NCBI RefSeq assembly: GCF_001194135.2 | Contig: NC_068981.1 | Span: 18,571,240 to 18,603,533, forward strand | DNA length: 32,294 nucleotides | From: Octopus bimaculoides | Lineage: Eukaryota | Direction of reading: 5' to 3' | Part shown: positions 11,269 to 22,280 of the stretch, in pieces | How positions within the stretch are numbered: the stretch's first letter is position 1 | Layout of the letters: each line of letters opens with the position of its first letter | Notes under the pieces: generated by a model | Told to the model about the DNA's origin: nothing | The model's database searches: none | The model's input: only the letters and a program-made list of their open reading frames with translations | Made by a program: the position numbers and the translations under genes

Positions 11269-11735
11269 TCACTCGTAAAGGAATATGCCATTAACATGCA
11301 TACACAAGAAATTTTTAATGACACCCATAGGCATTCTACTTGATTCGCATAGATTCATTGATCCATTCATTTGCACAAAGAAGCCATTATTAGCCCACAA
11401 ATGTGCTGTTCCCTTTTCCCCACAACCGCAATTAGCGGCATAGAATATCCCCACTGCTCCATGTAAATCCCTAGAGGTGTAGCGAGAGGGCGAGGTTGAG
11501 GAAAGGATCAGTTTTCATTGGAGTCGGTGTTAAGAGGTGTAACATTTTTCCTGGTCTAGCATGTTTGTTACTTCAAGTGGCGTTCCAATAAGTGTCTTTA
11601 TCCCTTGTCGTTTCACTGCCCGATATCGAACCTCTCCTTTTTGCACTCTCCTGTCATATATATATTGTAGGTCGTTCCCCCAGAGTCATGCACTAAACAC
11701 TTCTAGCATTTCGTCTTACCAGAACCTCCACCCTC
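11269..11735 (-). pseudogene. Possible Merlin/IS1595-like transposase remnant
   Basis: Multi-frame pieces GGSGKT, GIYMEQWGY, AHLWANN.FFV, NQVECLWVSLK resemble the DDE_Tnp_IS1595 motif order (recalled, not searched); no TIRs found. Confidence 0.4.
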
Positions 11736-11973
11736 AATAACTTCCTCCCTGCTCATGGAATATCCTTAGATATACAACCAAGAAAAGTTGAAGACGAGCC
11801 TCATGCCTGGAGCAATACGAACCACTCTATATCTTTCAATAAATACATCAAACGCGCGCACACGCACATACAATACATACGCGCACGTACACATATTAGT
11901 AATATTAGGCTGTGTGGAGGTGCCGACATGGCTGTGTGGTAAGTAGCTTGCTTACCACATGGTTCCGGGTTAT

Positions 11974-12008
<35 letters not shown>

Positions 12009-12251
12009 NNNNNNNNNNNNNNNNNNNNNNNNNNNNNNNNNNNNNNNNNNNNNNNNNNNNNNNNNNNNNNNNNNNNNCCTCCCTGCTCATGGAATATCCT
12101 TAGATATACAACCAAGAAAAGTTGAAGACGAGCCTCATGCCTGGAGCAATACGAACCACTCTATATCTTTCAATAAATACATCAAACGCGCGCACACGCA
12201 CATACAATACATACGCGCACGTACACATATTAGTAATATTAGGCTGTGTGG

Positions 12252-12672
12252 AGGTGCCGACATGGCTGTGTGGTAAGTAGCTTGCTTACCGACCACATGG
12301 TTCTTGGTTCAGTCCCACTGCGTGGCACCTTGGGCATGTGTCTTCTACTATAGCCTCGGGCCGACCAAAGACTTGTGAGTGGATTTGGTAGACGGAAAAT
12401 GAAAGAAGCCCGTCGCATATCTATATATATATATATGTATGTATGTATGTGTGGGTATATGTTTGTGTGTCTGTGTTTGTCCCCGAACATCGCTTGACAA
12501 CCGATGCTGGTATGTTTACATCCTCGTAACTTAGCGATTCGGCAAAAGAGACTGATAGAATAAGTACTAGGCTTACAAAGAATAAGTCATGGGGTCGGTT
12601 TGTTCGACCAAAGTCGGTGCTCCAGCATGGCCGCAGTCAAATGACTGAAACAAATAAAAGAATAAACGAATA
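12252..12672 (+). mobile_element. SINE family A, full length
   Basis: Matches the family-A consensus; its head is also repeated at 11918-11970 before the gap. Confidence 0.92.
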
Positions 12673-12705
12673 ACATAGGTACACCGAGTGTGACGTTAAA
12701 ATTCT

Positions 12706-12889
12706 GGTCATGTGACCACATGGGTTAAACACAAATATGGCTGCATTCATCGCGTTGCATCCCCGAGTGATGCGTTTGACTCTAATCGTTCTGCTTAACC
12801 AGCTGGACAAAAACAAAATCAATTTCCGTTTCCCACTTTTGCAACTTCCGGTTCCGTCTCTAAATTCACGATATCCCGGATATGTAAGA
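12706..12889 (+). promoter_or_regulatory. Candidate housekeeping-type promoter / first exon
   Basis: E-box-like ggtcatgtgacc 12706-12717, YY1-like aaatatggc 12733-12741, ETS acttccgg 12844-12851, CpG-richer than its flanks, GTAAGA donor-like site at 12884. Confidence 0.3.
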
Positions 12890-13184
12890 AGCTAAACAGA
12901 AAGAAAAGTTAAAGAACCCCGAAATTACTACGAAGAAGACGCAATATTCCGTCATTAGAAATAATAATTAGATAAAATAGATTAGAAACGTAATTAATCT
13001 CTGACCTTCTGCAGTATTCTGTTTTCTTTTAGTATTTCTTCAAAATCAGTCGGCATCATTTCTAAGGATTTCTGGAAATAAAAACGTAAATGAAACTTAC
13101 TAAAATAATTAAATGTTAAATGAAACGGAATTAACCGTTTCTCAGTTTTTGTTCGGCTGAAAATTCTTTATTCCTTCTCTGTCT

Positions 13185-13280
13185 TCCTTTCTCCTTCTTT
13201 TCTCTCTCTTCTCTCTTTCTCTCTCTCTCACACACACACACACTCTCTCTCTCTCTCTCTTTCTCTTTCTCTTTCTTTCT
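13185..13280. repeat. CT/CA-rich microsatellite
   Basis: Direct reading. Confidence 0.9.
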
Positions 13281-13383
13281 TTGGCCAATCTCCAGCCGAA
13301 TTTATATATTCGCACAGCGGATGCAGGAAGCTGGTATGACTAGCTACAGCAGAATTAACATCTCATCTCTTCATCTCTTTCTT

Positions 13384-13675
13384 ACCACCACCACCACCAC
13401 CACCTCCTCTACTACTACTACTACTACTNNNNNNNNNNNNNNNNNNNNNNNNNNNNNNNNNNNNNNNNNNNNNNNNNNNNNNNNNNNNNNNNNNNNNNNN
13501 NNNNNNNNNNNNNNNNNNNNNNNNNNNNNNNNNNNNNNNNNNNNACCATCACCGCCATCAGCACCAACGCTAACACCCCAGCAATCTCTATTACAAGAAC
13601 TACACTGCTATCATCAACACCATCGCACCGCTCTCTCTACCACCACCATTACCACCACCACCACCACCACCTCCT

Positions 13676-13727
<52 letters not shown>
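13384..13727. repeat. (ACC)n/(ACT)n triplet arrays spanning an N gap
   Basis: Direct reading. Confidence 0.9.
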
Positions 13728-13728
<1 letters not shown>

Positions 13729-14093
13729 GTTTGCTTGTTTTGCTCCTCGACATTGGCCATTGTTGCCTGAGCAGCTGAGATCAACGTAAGTGGTAGCGTT
13801 CTCTTCTCGGTTTACGTGATCTTTCGCAAGTCGATTCCTCCCAATAAAGACGGTCACGTGTCTCCTCCTACTATTCTTCCTTTCTGAGATATGTCCGTCC
13901 AAATATTACAGCCAAATATCATAAATATTACGACTGTCCCTTGCGAGGGAGTGAGAATGAGCTGCTAACGCGTACCGTACTTTCATAAGGTGCTTTAGTT
14001 CCCTGTACGATTGCAGGCAGATATAGACACCCTCCTGGCCCCTCCCAGCCTAGGTTCGTTCAAGGGAATATCCAGAATGTGACTGCTAGAAGG

Positions 14094-14141
<48 letters not shown>

Positions 14142-14592
14142 AGGGGGGAGAGGGGGAGATAGAGAGATAGAAAGAAAGAGAGGGAGAGGGAGAATGAGGG
14201 TGATAGAGAATGAGAGGGGAGATAGAGAGATAGAAAGAGAGAGAAGGAGAGAGGGGGTGAGATAGAGAGATAGAGGGAGGCAGGCAGATAGAGAGGGAGC
14301 GGGAGGGAGATAGAGAAAGAGGAGAAGATAGAGACATAGAAAGAGAGAGAGAGAGGGAGAGCGAGAGATACAAACAGAGAGAGGGTGGGAGATAGAAAAG
14401 GTGGGGGAAGGAGATAAAGAGAGGGGGAGATAGAGAGATAGAAAGAAAGAGAGAGAAAAAGGGGAGAGAGAGACAAAAAGAGAGACAGGGTGGGAGATAG
14501 AAAAGGAAAGGGAGGGAGATAAAGAGAGGGTGAGATAGAGAGATAGAAAGAAAGAGAGAGAAAGAGAGGGAGAGAGAGAGATAAAAAGAGCG

Positions 14593-14625
<33 letters not shown>

Positions 14626-14640
14626 TATAGAGAGAGAGGC
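14094..14640 (+). repeat. About 550-bp polypurine GA/GATA low-complexity tract with a 105-bp higher-order unit
   Basis: (GATA)n at both ends; 14383-14470 is repeated at 14488-14575. Confidence 0.9.
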
Positions 14641-14669
14641 TGCATTGTATTCCTTCTATCTCGTTAGAC

Positions 14670-14790
14670 TGGTGAAACGTGAAATAAATTGCTTTGCTCA
14701 CAAGTTCAATATGTTACCCAGGCTAGAACTCAAACCCTCAACATTATGGTCGTGAGCCAAACACTCTTTTTACTAGGCCATACACCCTCA
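14670..14790 (-). mobile_element. Old, diverged tRNA-SINE head remnant
   Basis: ttgctcacaag...ggctagaactcaaaccctcaacattatggtcgtgagccaaacactct...actaggccat resembles a reverse-complement tRNA-SINE head. Confidence 0.4.
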
Positions 14791-15072
14791 CACCCGTCCA
14801 ATTAATTAATTAAGTAATTAATTAATTAACATAAATTAAGAAGCGACTGACACAGCTGTTTGTTATTACTACCACATCACCACAATCAGAACCAATGATG
14901 AGGCATCTGAAGTTATTAGCTTCAGATATTTAAAAAAAAAAGAAGCACCTTAAGAAAGGAAAGGGTCACCTATTCAGGATATCATGCTTGACCAAAAATG
15001 GGATTTTTTTCAGCAGAAATGACTTTGACCATAGGAGTCAAGAACCAGAGCCGAATTGAATCTCAACAACAT

Positions 15073-15092
15073 TATCATCATCATCGTCATCA

Positions 15093-15144
<52 letters not shown>

Positions 15145-15460
15145 CGCCACCACCATACATCACCACCACCNNNNNNNNNNNNNNNNNNNNNNNNNNNNNN
15201 NNNNNNNNNNNNNNNNNNNNNNNNNNNNNNNNNNNNNNNNNNNNNNNNNNNNNNNNNNNNNNNNNNNNNNNNNNNNNNNNNNNNNNNNNNNNNNNNNNNN
15301 NNNNNNNNNNNNNNNNNNNNNNNNNNNNNNNNNNNNNNNNNNNNNNNNNNNNNNNNNNNNNNNNNNNNNNNNNNNNNNNNNNNNNNNNNNNNNNNNNNNN
15401 NNNNCACCACCACCACCACCACCACCATCACCAGCACTAGCACCACCAGCACCACCACCA
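15073..15460. repeat. (ATC)n-(GTC)n-(ACC)n triplet array across an N gap
   Basis: Direct reading. Confidence 0.9.
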
Positions 15461-15771
15461 CCGTACATACATTCATACATATGCGTGTGTATGTATACGC
15501 ATACGCATGTACGCGCGCACACACATGTATTATCAGGTTTGATCTGACCAATCTTCCCACATGGTTACATATACCAAGTGCGGCATTTTAGCCCTCTCGC
15601 AAAACACCATCACAAGAGTCTGCTATGTAGTCATTATCTAGTTTTAAACCAGTACAGCTTCAGCTCTACACTTTTAGTTACCACAAACAATTCCTTTGGG
15701 ATCACCTACAAATTATTCTCACCGCAACAGACTCACACAGAAATGAAGAAATGAAAACATTTTCAAAAACT

Positions 15772-15960
15772 TTGTGTGGTAAGTAGCTTGCTTACCAACC
15801 GCATGGTTCCGGGTTCATTCCCACTGCGCGGCACCTTGGGCAAGTGTCTTCTACTATAGCCTCGGGCCGACCAAAGCCTTGTGAGTGGATTTGGTAGACG
15901 GAAACTGAAAGAAGCCTGTCGTATATATGTATGTATGTGTGTATGTATATATATATATAT
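15772..15960 (+). mobile_element. SINE family A, 5' half ending in the internal (TA)n tract
   Basis: Matches the head and central domain. Confidence 0.9.
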
Positions 15961-16000
15961 ATTATATATATATATATAGTCTGTTAAAGTCTGTCATACC

Positions 16001-16040
16001 GGCCATGACGAAGGGAAATAGCCCTGAAACTCGAGTCGCC
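16001..16040 (+). ncRNA. Minimal type-I hammerhead-ribozyme-like motif (Penelope type)
   Basis: GGC-C(a)TGACGA-AGGG/AAATAG/CCCT-GAAA-C/TCGA/G-TC^GCC: perfect 4-bp stem II, palindromic loop III, 3-bp stem I, one extra A in the core. Confidence 0.65.
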
Positions 16041-16481
16041 TTTATATATATATATTTATATTTATATATTTGATCCTTTATATTGAACACTCAATATTTC
16101 ATCTACATTGAATACTTTCTTTCATGGTGCCATCAATTTTTATTTTATTTTATTTTATATTGTATATTGTATATCATATTATATATTGTATATTCCATAT
16201 TCTATACCCCACATTAGTTCTGCAGGAATATAAATAAAACATAAAAAACAGACAGTGTTGGAACTCTTTTAAGCAAAATAATATNNNNNNNNNNNNNNNN
16301 NNNNNNNNNNNNNNNNNNNNNNNNNNNNNNNNNNNNNNNNNNNNNNNNNNNNNNNNNNNNNNNNNNNNNNNNNNNNNNNNNNNNNNNNNNNNNNNNNNNN
16401 NNNNNNNNNNNNNNNNNNNNNNNNNNNNNNNNNNNNNNNNNNNNNNNNNNNNNNNNNNNNNNNNNNNNNNNNNNNNNNNNN

Positions 16482-16485
16482 TATA

Positions 16486-16516
<31 letters not shown>

Positions 16517-16770
16517 TTGTATGTATGTATGTATGTGTGTGTATGCTTGTGTGTCTGTGTTTGTCCCCCCAGCATCGCTTGACAACCGATTCTGGTGTGT
16601 TTACGTCCCCGTAACCTAGCGGTTCGGCAAAAAAAGAGGCCGATAGAATAAGTACTAGGATTACAAAGAATAAGTCCTGGGCGTCGATTTCTTCGACTAA
16701 ATGCGGTGCTCCAGCATGGCCGCAGTCAAATGACTGAAACAAGTAAAAGTGTAAAATAGTAAAAGAGAAT
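16482..16770 (+). mobile_element. SINE family A, 3' half
   Basis: (TATG)n followed by gtgtctgtgtttgtcccccagcatcgcttgac...tgactgaaacaagtaaaag. Confidence 0.9.
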
Positions 16771-16849
16771 GAAGAACAATGGAATGAGACCTAGCAAGAA
16801 AAGGAGTCAAGGTTTTAGATATTCAACAGTACCACAATCACACACTTCC

Positions 16850-17083
16850 TGCGCGCGCTACGCTTCACCAAGCAAGAGGAGGTGGAAGCTTCAGTGAAGG
16901 AATTCCTCGCCTCGACGGACACGAACCCGTATCAGTTCAGGATCAAAGAGCTTAGCAGAAAGGTGGCTTCAGACGGTGCAACATGATGGCCTCTACTTTG
17001 AGTGCTAGACTGCTTTTGTTGTAACTTGACGAATGAAGCAAATAAGTTACTGAAATATTTGTAACACTCTTGGCTCAACACAA
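16850..17083 (+). mobile_element. Mariner 3' fragment (transposase C-terminus plus probable right TIR)
   Basis: HFLRALRF..QEEVEASVKEFLAS...IKEL, then after a frameshift RWLQTVQHDGLYFEC*; ends ttggctcaacacaa followed by TA. Confidence 0.75.
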
Positions 17084-17241
17084 TAAATGTATAAAATAAA
17101 AGAGAAATAACATACAGCAAATAAATAAATAAATACATAGAAGAATAGAAAATGTGTTAACATTTGTATTCAAACATGAAACACCAAACTATCAGTATAT
17201 CACTATACAGAGAGTTATGAGCTATAACAGTGAGGAATAAT

Positions 17242-17273
<32 letters not shown>

Positions 17274-17560
17274 CATCAGCAACAACGAAAATAGGTGATA
17301 CCACACTCAATGTTATAATAACAACCGCAAATTCTATATTCACATTGTGATACCAACGAAACACTCTTATCAGAAATTTATCGAAAGAGTGTCCACAAAA
17401 TAAATAAATAAAATGAAAATATAACAAAAAAAAAAACCCCACACAAATAAGACCGGAATACAAATATATGACTTCTACCCATGATTTTGACTCCTTTTTC
17501 CATCAGTTACCTGTACCTAAATAGTTATGGAGAATTCTAGATCCTGAAAGGCCTTAGGAC

Positions 17561-17615
<55 letters not shown>

Positions 17616-17639
17616 CCTGCAATAATCACTAAGATCACT

Positions 17640-18545
17640 AAAATCTACAACTGCTCTTACCAACTACCGACTACTTATGTGCCATAGGACTGCTCCAGCA
17701 TGGCTGTTCGAAGCTACATAACAAACAGTAACTTCATGTTCCATCACTGTCAAATTCCCAGAAAGTGGGCGCTGGAGAAAATCATAAGAATTCTAAAGTT
17801 ACGGGAAAACTCAAGTGAAGGAGTATCACATGGATCCATTATCTTTGATATCACATCCCCCTACAGTCTTCACGCCAAATTACAACATGGGATTCAGGTT
17901 ATTACGTAACGTTCACACTGCTGAAATGGCTTCAAGAACAACAACAACAACAAAATGTCCTACAAGTAATACTCTAACTGCCAGTGATCAGGGCCACCTT
18001 AGTAGGAGTAAAGATTCCCGGGAAAATCAATGCACTGAGTCCTCTAATAATTATTTATTGACAGCAATTCACAACTTACATGTATCAGAATTCGACCTGT
18101 AAACTTGTGGGTTCCCCGGGTAACTGCTCAGTGTGCCATGCCTTAAAACAGTACTGCCACTGACATCAACAAAGGTTTCGATTCCATACCGCCACTATCT
18201 AGTCTTACTATAAAGTACTCAACACCATCTTAAGTAACTACACAAAACGCTGGTTAGGAAACTACTTGCTTGGCCAGCAAACCTATTTAGTGTATTAGAA
18301 CAACACCCCTAGAATGTACAATATATCTGATGGAGTACTCCAGGGATTTTTCTTCTCGTAGAGCCTTTTCAGTCTATATATACTCAATTCCCAGGAAACA
18401 TACAGTTTCATACGCAGTGACATCACACCCATACTTCAAACACTGCTGCATGACTACTCCAATCTTACTTGAAACAACTAAACACTTGGCGCCACAACTC
18501 ACTTAAAGCACCACTCACCAAATCCGCTGCCTTCTTTTTTTCGAG
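17640..18545 (+). pseudogene. Non-LTR (CR1/Jockey/L2-like) reverse transcriptase remnant
   Basis: Pieces IPRKWALEKIIRILK, LQHGIQ (QHGFR), DINKGFDS (DxxKAFD), KRWLGNYL, DGVLQG (GVPQG), SYA-DIT (YADD with a 1-bp loss), all in RT motif order. Confidence 0.8.
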
Positions 18546-19706
18546 CAACAACGGAGAGCATCTATTGATAATATAAACAACCACCACGCTCAAGAACAGA
18601 AATATACTACACACATACACAAACCACCTACTTATAACGAAAAAACTATTAAAAATAAATTGTAAGTGTATGTATTTGTAAATGTATGTATGTATATGTG
18701 CGTGTGCGCGTGTATACAAATGTGTATATATCTATGTATGAGTATGTCTATACATATATGTGTAATATATATATGTATACATCTGGTAAATATATATAAA
18801 TGCTTATGTATATGTATTTATAAAGAGAGAAAGAGAGGGGGAAAGTGAGAGAAAGAGAGAAATGTATAGTTTGAAGACGCCAAATCTAAATACAACTAGT
18901 TGCACACAGCTGTTTATGTAAAAGCAGGAGTGACTACCCAACAATAAATATTTCGCTATCAATAATATATAAAGTTTATTAAGTAAAACATGCTACAACA
19001 TAAACATGTAGCTAATCAAATGAGAAACGAATACGGAAGCCAGTTATATGCACATATCACTTCAGGGCCAATACATTGAATTTCTGGTATATGTGTTAAA
19101 TCGTATCTATCTGTGGAATACGAAGGTAACTAACAACAGCCACCCATGTAACATTATCAGCGAGAGTAAAGCATAGAATATACATTGCTTCTACACCTTT
19201 TATATAAGCTTGGTTCTATGGCGTGAAATCAGATCACATGAAGGAATAATAAAATGTTTTCTGGTGCCAACCATATAATTTTAACGGGTAGACGCATGCT
19301 ACGGCGTCGGTAGCTACTCTTTATTTCAGGTAGAAGCAAAATTGGGTTTCACCTCATACAATGTTATAAATTTACGTGTTACAGCAATAAGTTATTAATG
19401 ACAATGTTAGTAATAAAAATATATGGGTTACTGCCACCATGCATAAACAAAGTGCACAACCAGAAAACTAGATGATGATTACAGATAAAGGTATATTTAC
19501 AAAATGGCGAATCAAAATATAACCTGATGCACATTTCAGTTTATGTAAATGAGTGCACAACAATAAATATGAAGCTATTACTAATGCATCATATTCCAGA
19601 ACCAAATAAAAGACAAATATGATACTGCAAACCCTCTGTACCGATATTGAGGTTCACAAGTTAAATTGTCAAGAAAGCAAATCATGTCCAATAAAATCCA
19701 GAAATA

Positions 19707-20710
19707 TCAGGTCATCACATAAGTTCTGTCCGAATTTTGAATAAAGAAAACAAGGGATCAAATGTTATATTTAATTGAAATTTAATCATCAATGTACTTT
19801 CCCTGATTATCTATCACTTCTTTCCATCTATTTACAAGCTTTTTAATACCATCAATGTAAAACTCTTTTGGTTTCAAATCGAAGAACACTGAAATGTCAG
19901 TTTCGACCTCCTCCTTCTGTGATGTGATCTTTGCAGTGTGGGGTCGCGCATTGTCCTGATGAAACATCACTCCTTTTCGATTCACTAAAGTGGGTCTATT
20001 TTTCTTCAAAGCTTGGTTCAAACGCTTTGAAGAAAAGCTGACAATAAACTTGAGCATTGATTGTTGCATTAGGTGGTAACAATTCAAAGTGAATTACTCC
20101 TTTGCAATCCCACCATATAGAGAGAAGAACCTTTTTCCCCATGAAGTTCCCTTCTCGGTTGTGGTTGAGCGTTTTCCCTTTTACCAAGCCATTGTTTATG
20201 ACGTTTAATATTTCGATAGAAGATCCTTTTTTCGTCACCAGTCACAAGTCTTTATTGCCAATTCTTCAACTTATAATGCAGGATTTTCTTCAAGTTATGC
20301 CTCAAGGAGCTTATCATCAAACTCAACTGGACGTCCTGTTCGATCTTCATCTTCAAGGCTGAAATCTCCACTTCTGAATTTTGCTAACCATCTTCTGCAA
20401 GTTCTTTCATTCAAGCATTCTTTCCCATAAACTGAGTGTATGTTTCAAGTTGCTTCGACTTCAGAGTTTCCTTTTTTTGTACTCATAAAGCATTATGTGC
20501 CTCAAATTCTCTTTGGATACTTCCATGTTAGAAAGGGTTTTAATCAAAGAAATTTTAGTTCTATTATTCTGTAAAATAATATTCAAATAGTTTAAACGTA
20601 CACAAATGCATAAAAATGATTTTTAATTCAATTAGAAGTTCTAAAACACTATTAACTTTCATTCAACTTTAAAAAAGGTAAAATCGGACAGAACATATGG
20701 GATGACTTGA
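19707..20710 (-). mobile_element. Mariner element with two internal deletions (1004 bp); transposase pseudogene 20526-19782
   Basis: About 30-bp TIRs tcaggtcatcacataagttctgtccga / tcggacagaacatatgggatgacttga, TA TSDs at 19705-19706 and 20711-20712. Motifs RHIMLYEY, GRP, TGDEK, KKVLLSIWWD, FHQDNARPH and GIKKLVNRW are present. Confidence 0.95.
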
Positions 20711-21211
20711 TAGAAGAATAACCAATCCCTGACATGTAATTATTACATACATACTCATAAAAATAGAAGAAATCGTGCTCTACACTAACAAACTCGCTTG
20801 ATTGAATACATACAAGCCATAACATTCTGAAATCTCACTTCATCATGTATAAACAACCACGAACGTTGGAACGAATATTTTGCTATTCATCATTCAGTTC
20901 AATTAAAACCCATATGTACTCTTGGTTGCACTTTCATAATGCAAAACCTGCTCCTACTTATTTGGACATGAACTCGCCGGGAAGTATCTGATTGAGCATA
21001 CGAAATGTTCACTAGGTAGTCAATACCCGTCGCTAACAGTTCCATACTGTCCTTCTCTTCCAGATTGCGAAAGCTTACCATAGCGTTTGATCTAAATACA
21101 GTGAAATTTTAAGACTTCATTTTTTTTTATGGCATATATAGGTTTCTCCTAAATTCTTTTTCGCCATATCTAGCCCCATCCACATACATGCACGCATTCA
21201 TAGATCTCTTA

Positions 21212-21255
21212 ACAGTAACATCGAAGTTTCGTCAGAAGTGGCTTTATCAGACTGT
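21212..21255 (-). ncRNA. Minimal type-I hammerhead-ribozyme-like motif (Penelope type)
   Basis: Minus strand ACAGT-CTGATAA-A-GCCA/CTTC/TGAC-GAAA-C/TTCGAT/G-TT^ACTGT: 5-bp stem I, G8A core change, loop III contains TCGA. Confidence 0.6.
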
Positions 21256-21486
21256 ACGAAGTACTTTCGTTGTATCGGTTGTATTGCAGAGTTTGGTGAA
21301 CTGGGAGTTTACGTAAGAAGAGTGCTTGGTGCTGTCTGACGACACCATGAACATACGATCTTCTAAATCCCTGTATTTAAATTATTAATGTAGTCTGAAT
21401 CTACACTTGTAGTATACTATTTTGTTTTTCATTAAATGTTTCTACTGTATATAACCTGTTTTATCTTATGATAAATTCTCTCACAG

Positions 21487-21873
21487 GAGGCGCAATAGAC
21501 CAGTGGTTAGGGCAGCGGACTCGCGGTCATAGGATCGCGGTTTCGATTCCCAGACCGGGCGTTGTGAGTGTTTATTGAGCGAAAACACCTAAACCTCCAC
21601 GAGGCTCCGGCATGGGATGGTGGCGAACCCTGTTGTACTCTTTCACCACATCTTTCTCTCACTCTTACTTCCTGTTTCTGTTGTGCCTGTAATTCAAAGG
21701 GTCAGCATTGTCACACTGTGTCACGCTGAATATCCCTGAGAACTACGTTAAGGGTACACGTGTCTGTGGAGTGCTCAGCCACTTACACGTTAATTTCACG
21801 AGCAGGCTGTTCCGTTGATCGGATCAACTGGAACCCTCGACGTCGTAAGCGACGGAGTGCCAACAACAACAAC
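21487..21873 (+). mobile_element. SINE family B, full length
   Basis: TSD aaatt(c/a)tctcacag at 21473-21486 and 21874-21887. Confidence 0.95.
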
Positions 21874-21887
21874 AAATTATCTCACAG

Positions 21888-22100
21888 AAGGCGGCGAGCT
21901 AGCTGAAACATTAACGCGTCGGGCGAAATGCTAAGCAGTATTCGTCTGTCTTTATGTTCTGAGTTCAAATTCTACCGAGGTCGACTTTGCCTTTCATCCT
22001 TTCGGGGTCGATAAATTAAGTACCAGTTGAGTACTGGTGTTCATCTAATCGACTGGCTCCCTCCCCCAAAATTTCGGGCCTTATGCCTAGAGTAGAAAAG
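21888..22100 (+). mobile_element. SINE family C monomer (tail type 2)
   Basis: Runs from aaggcggcgagct to ccttatgcctagagtagaaaag. Confidence 0.92.
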
Positions 22101-22280
22101 AAATATCAGCATGCAGTCGAAAAAGCTAGACGGTGTTGTGACAAAATTAGAAAGAATTATTTATTCACTCTCTCTCTCTCACCTTGTGTGTGTGTGTGTG
22201 TGTGTATGTGTGTGTATGTATTTATGAATATATAGAGAGACGTATGTATATGTATCTATGTTTATACACATACACACCTA

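Noticed and set aside
11744-12290. Exact 213-bp direct repeat (11744-11956 and 12078-12290) flanking an N gap
   Set aside because: Identical copies on either side of a gap, with the left one ending in a chimeric SINE/(TA)n, fit a contig-overlap artefact rather than a real duplication
13384-13428. (ACC)n-TCC-TCT-(ACT)n block repeated at 13650-13727
   Set aside because: Sits at a gap edge; probably mis-joined reads from the same array
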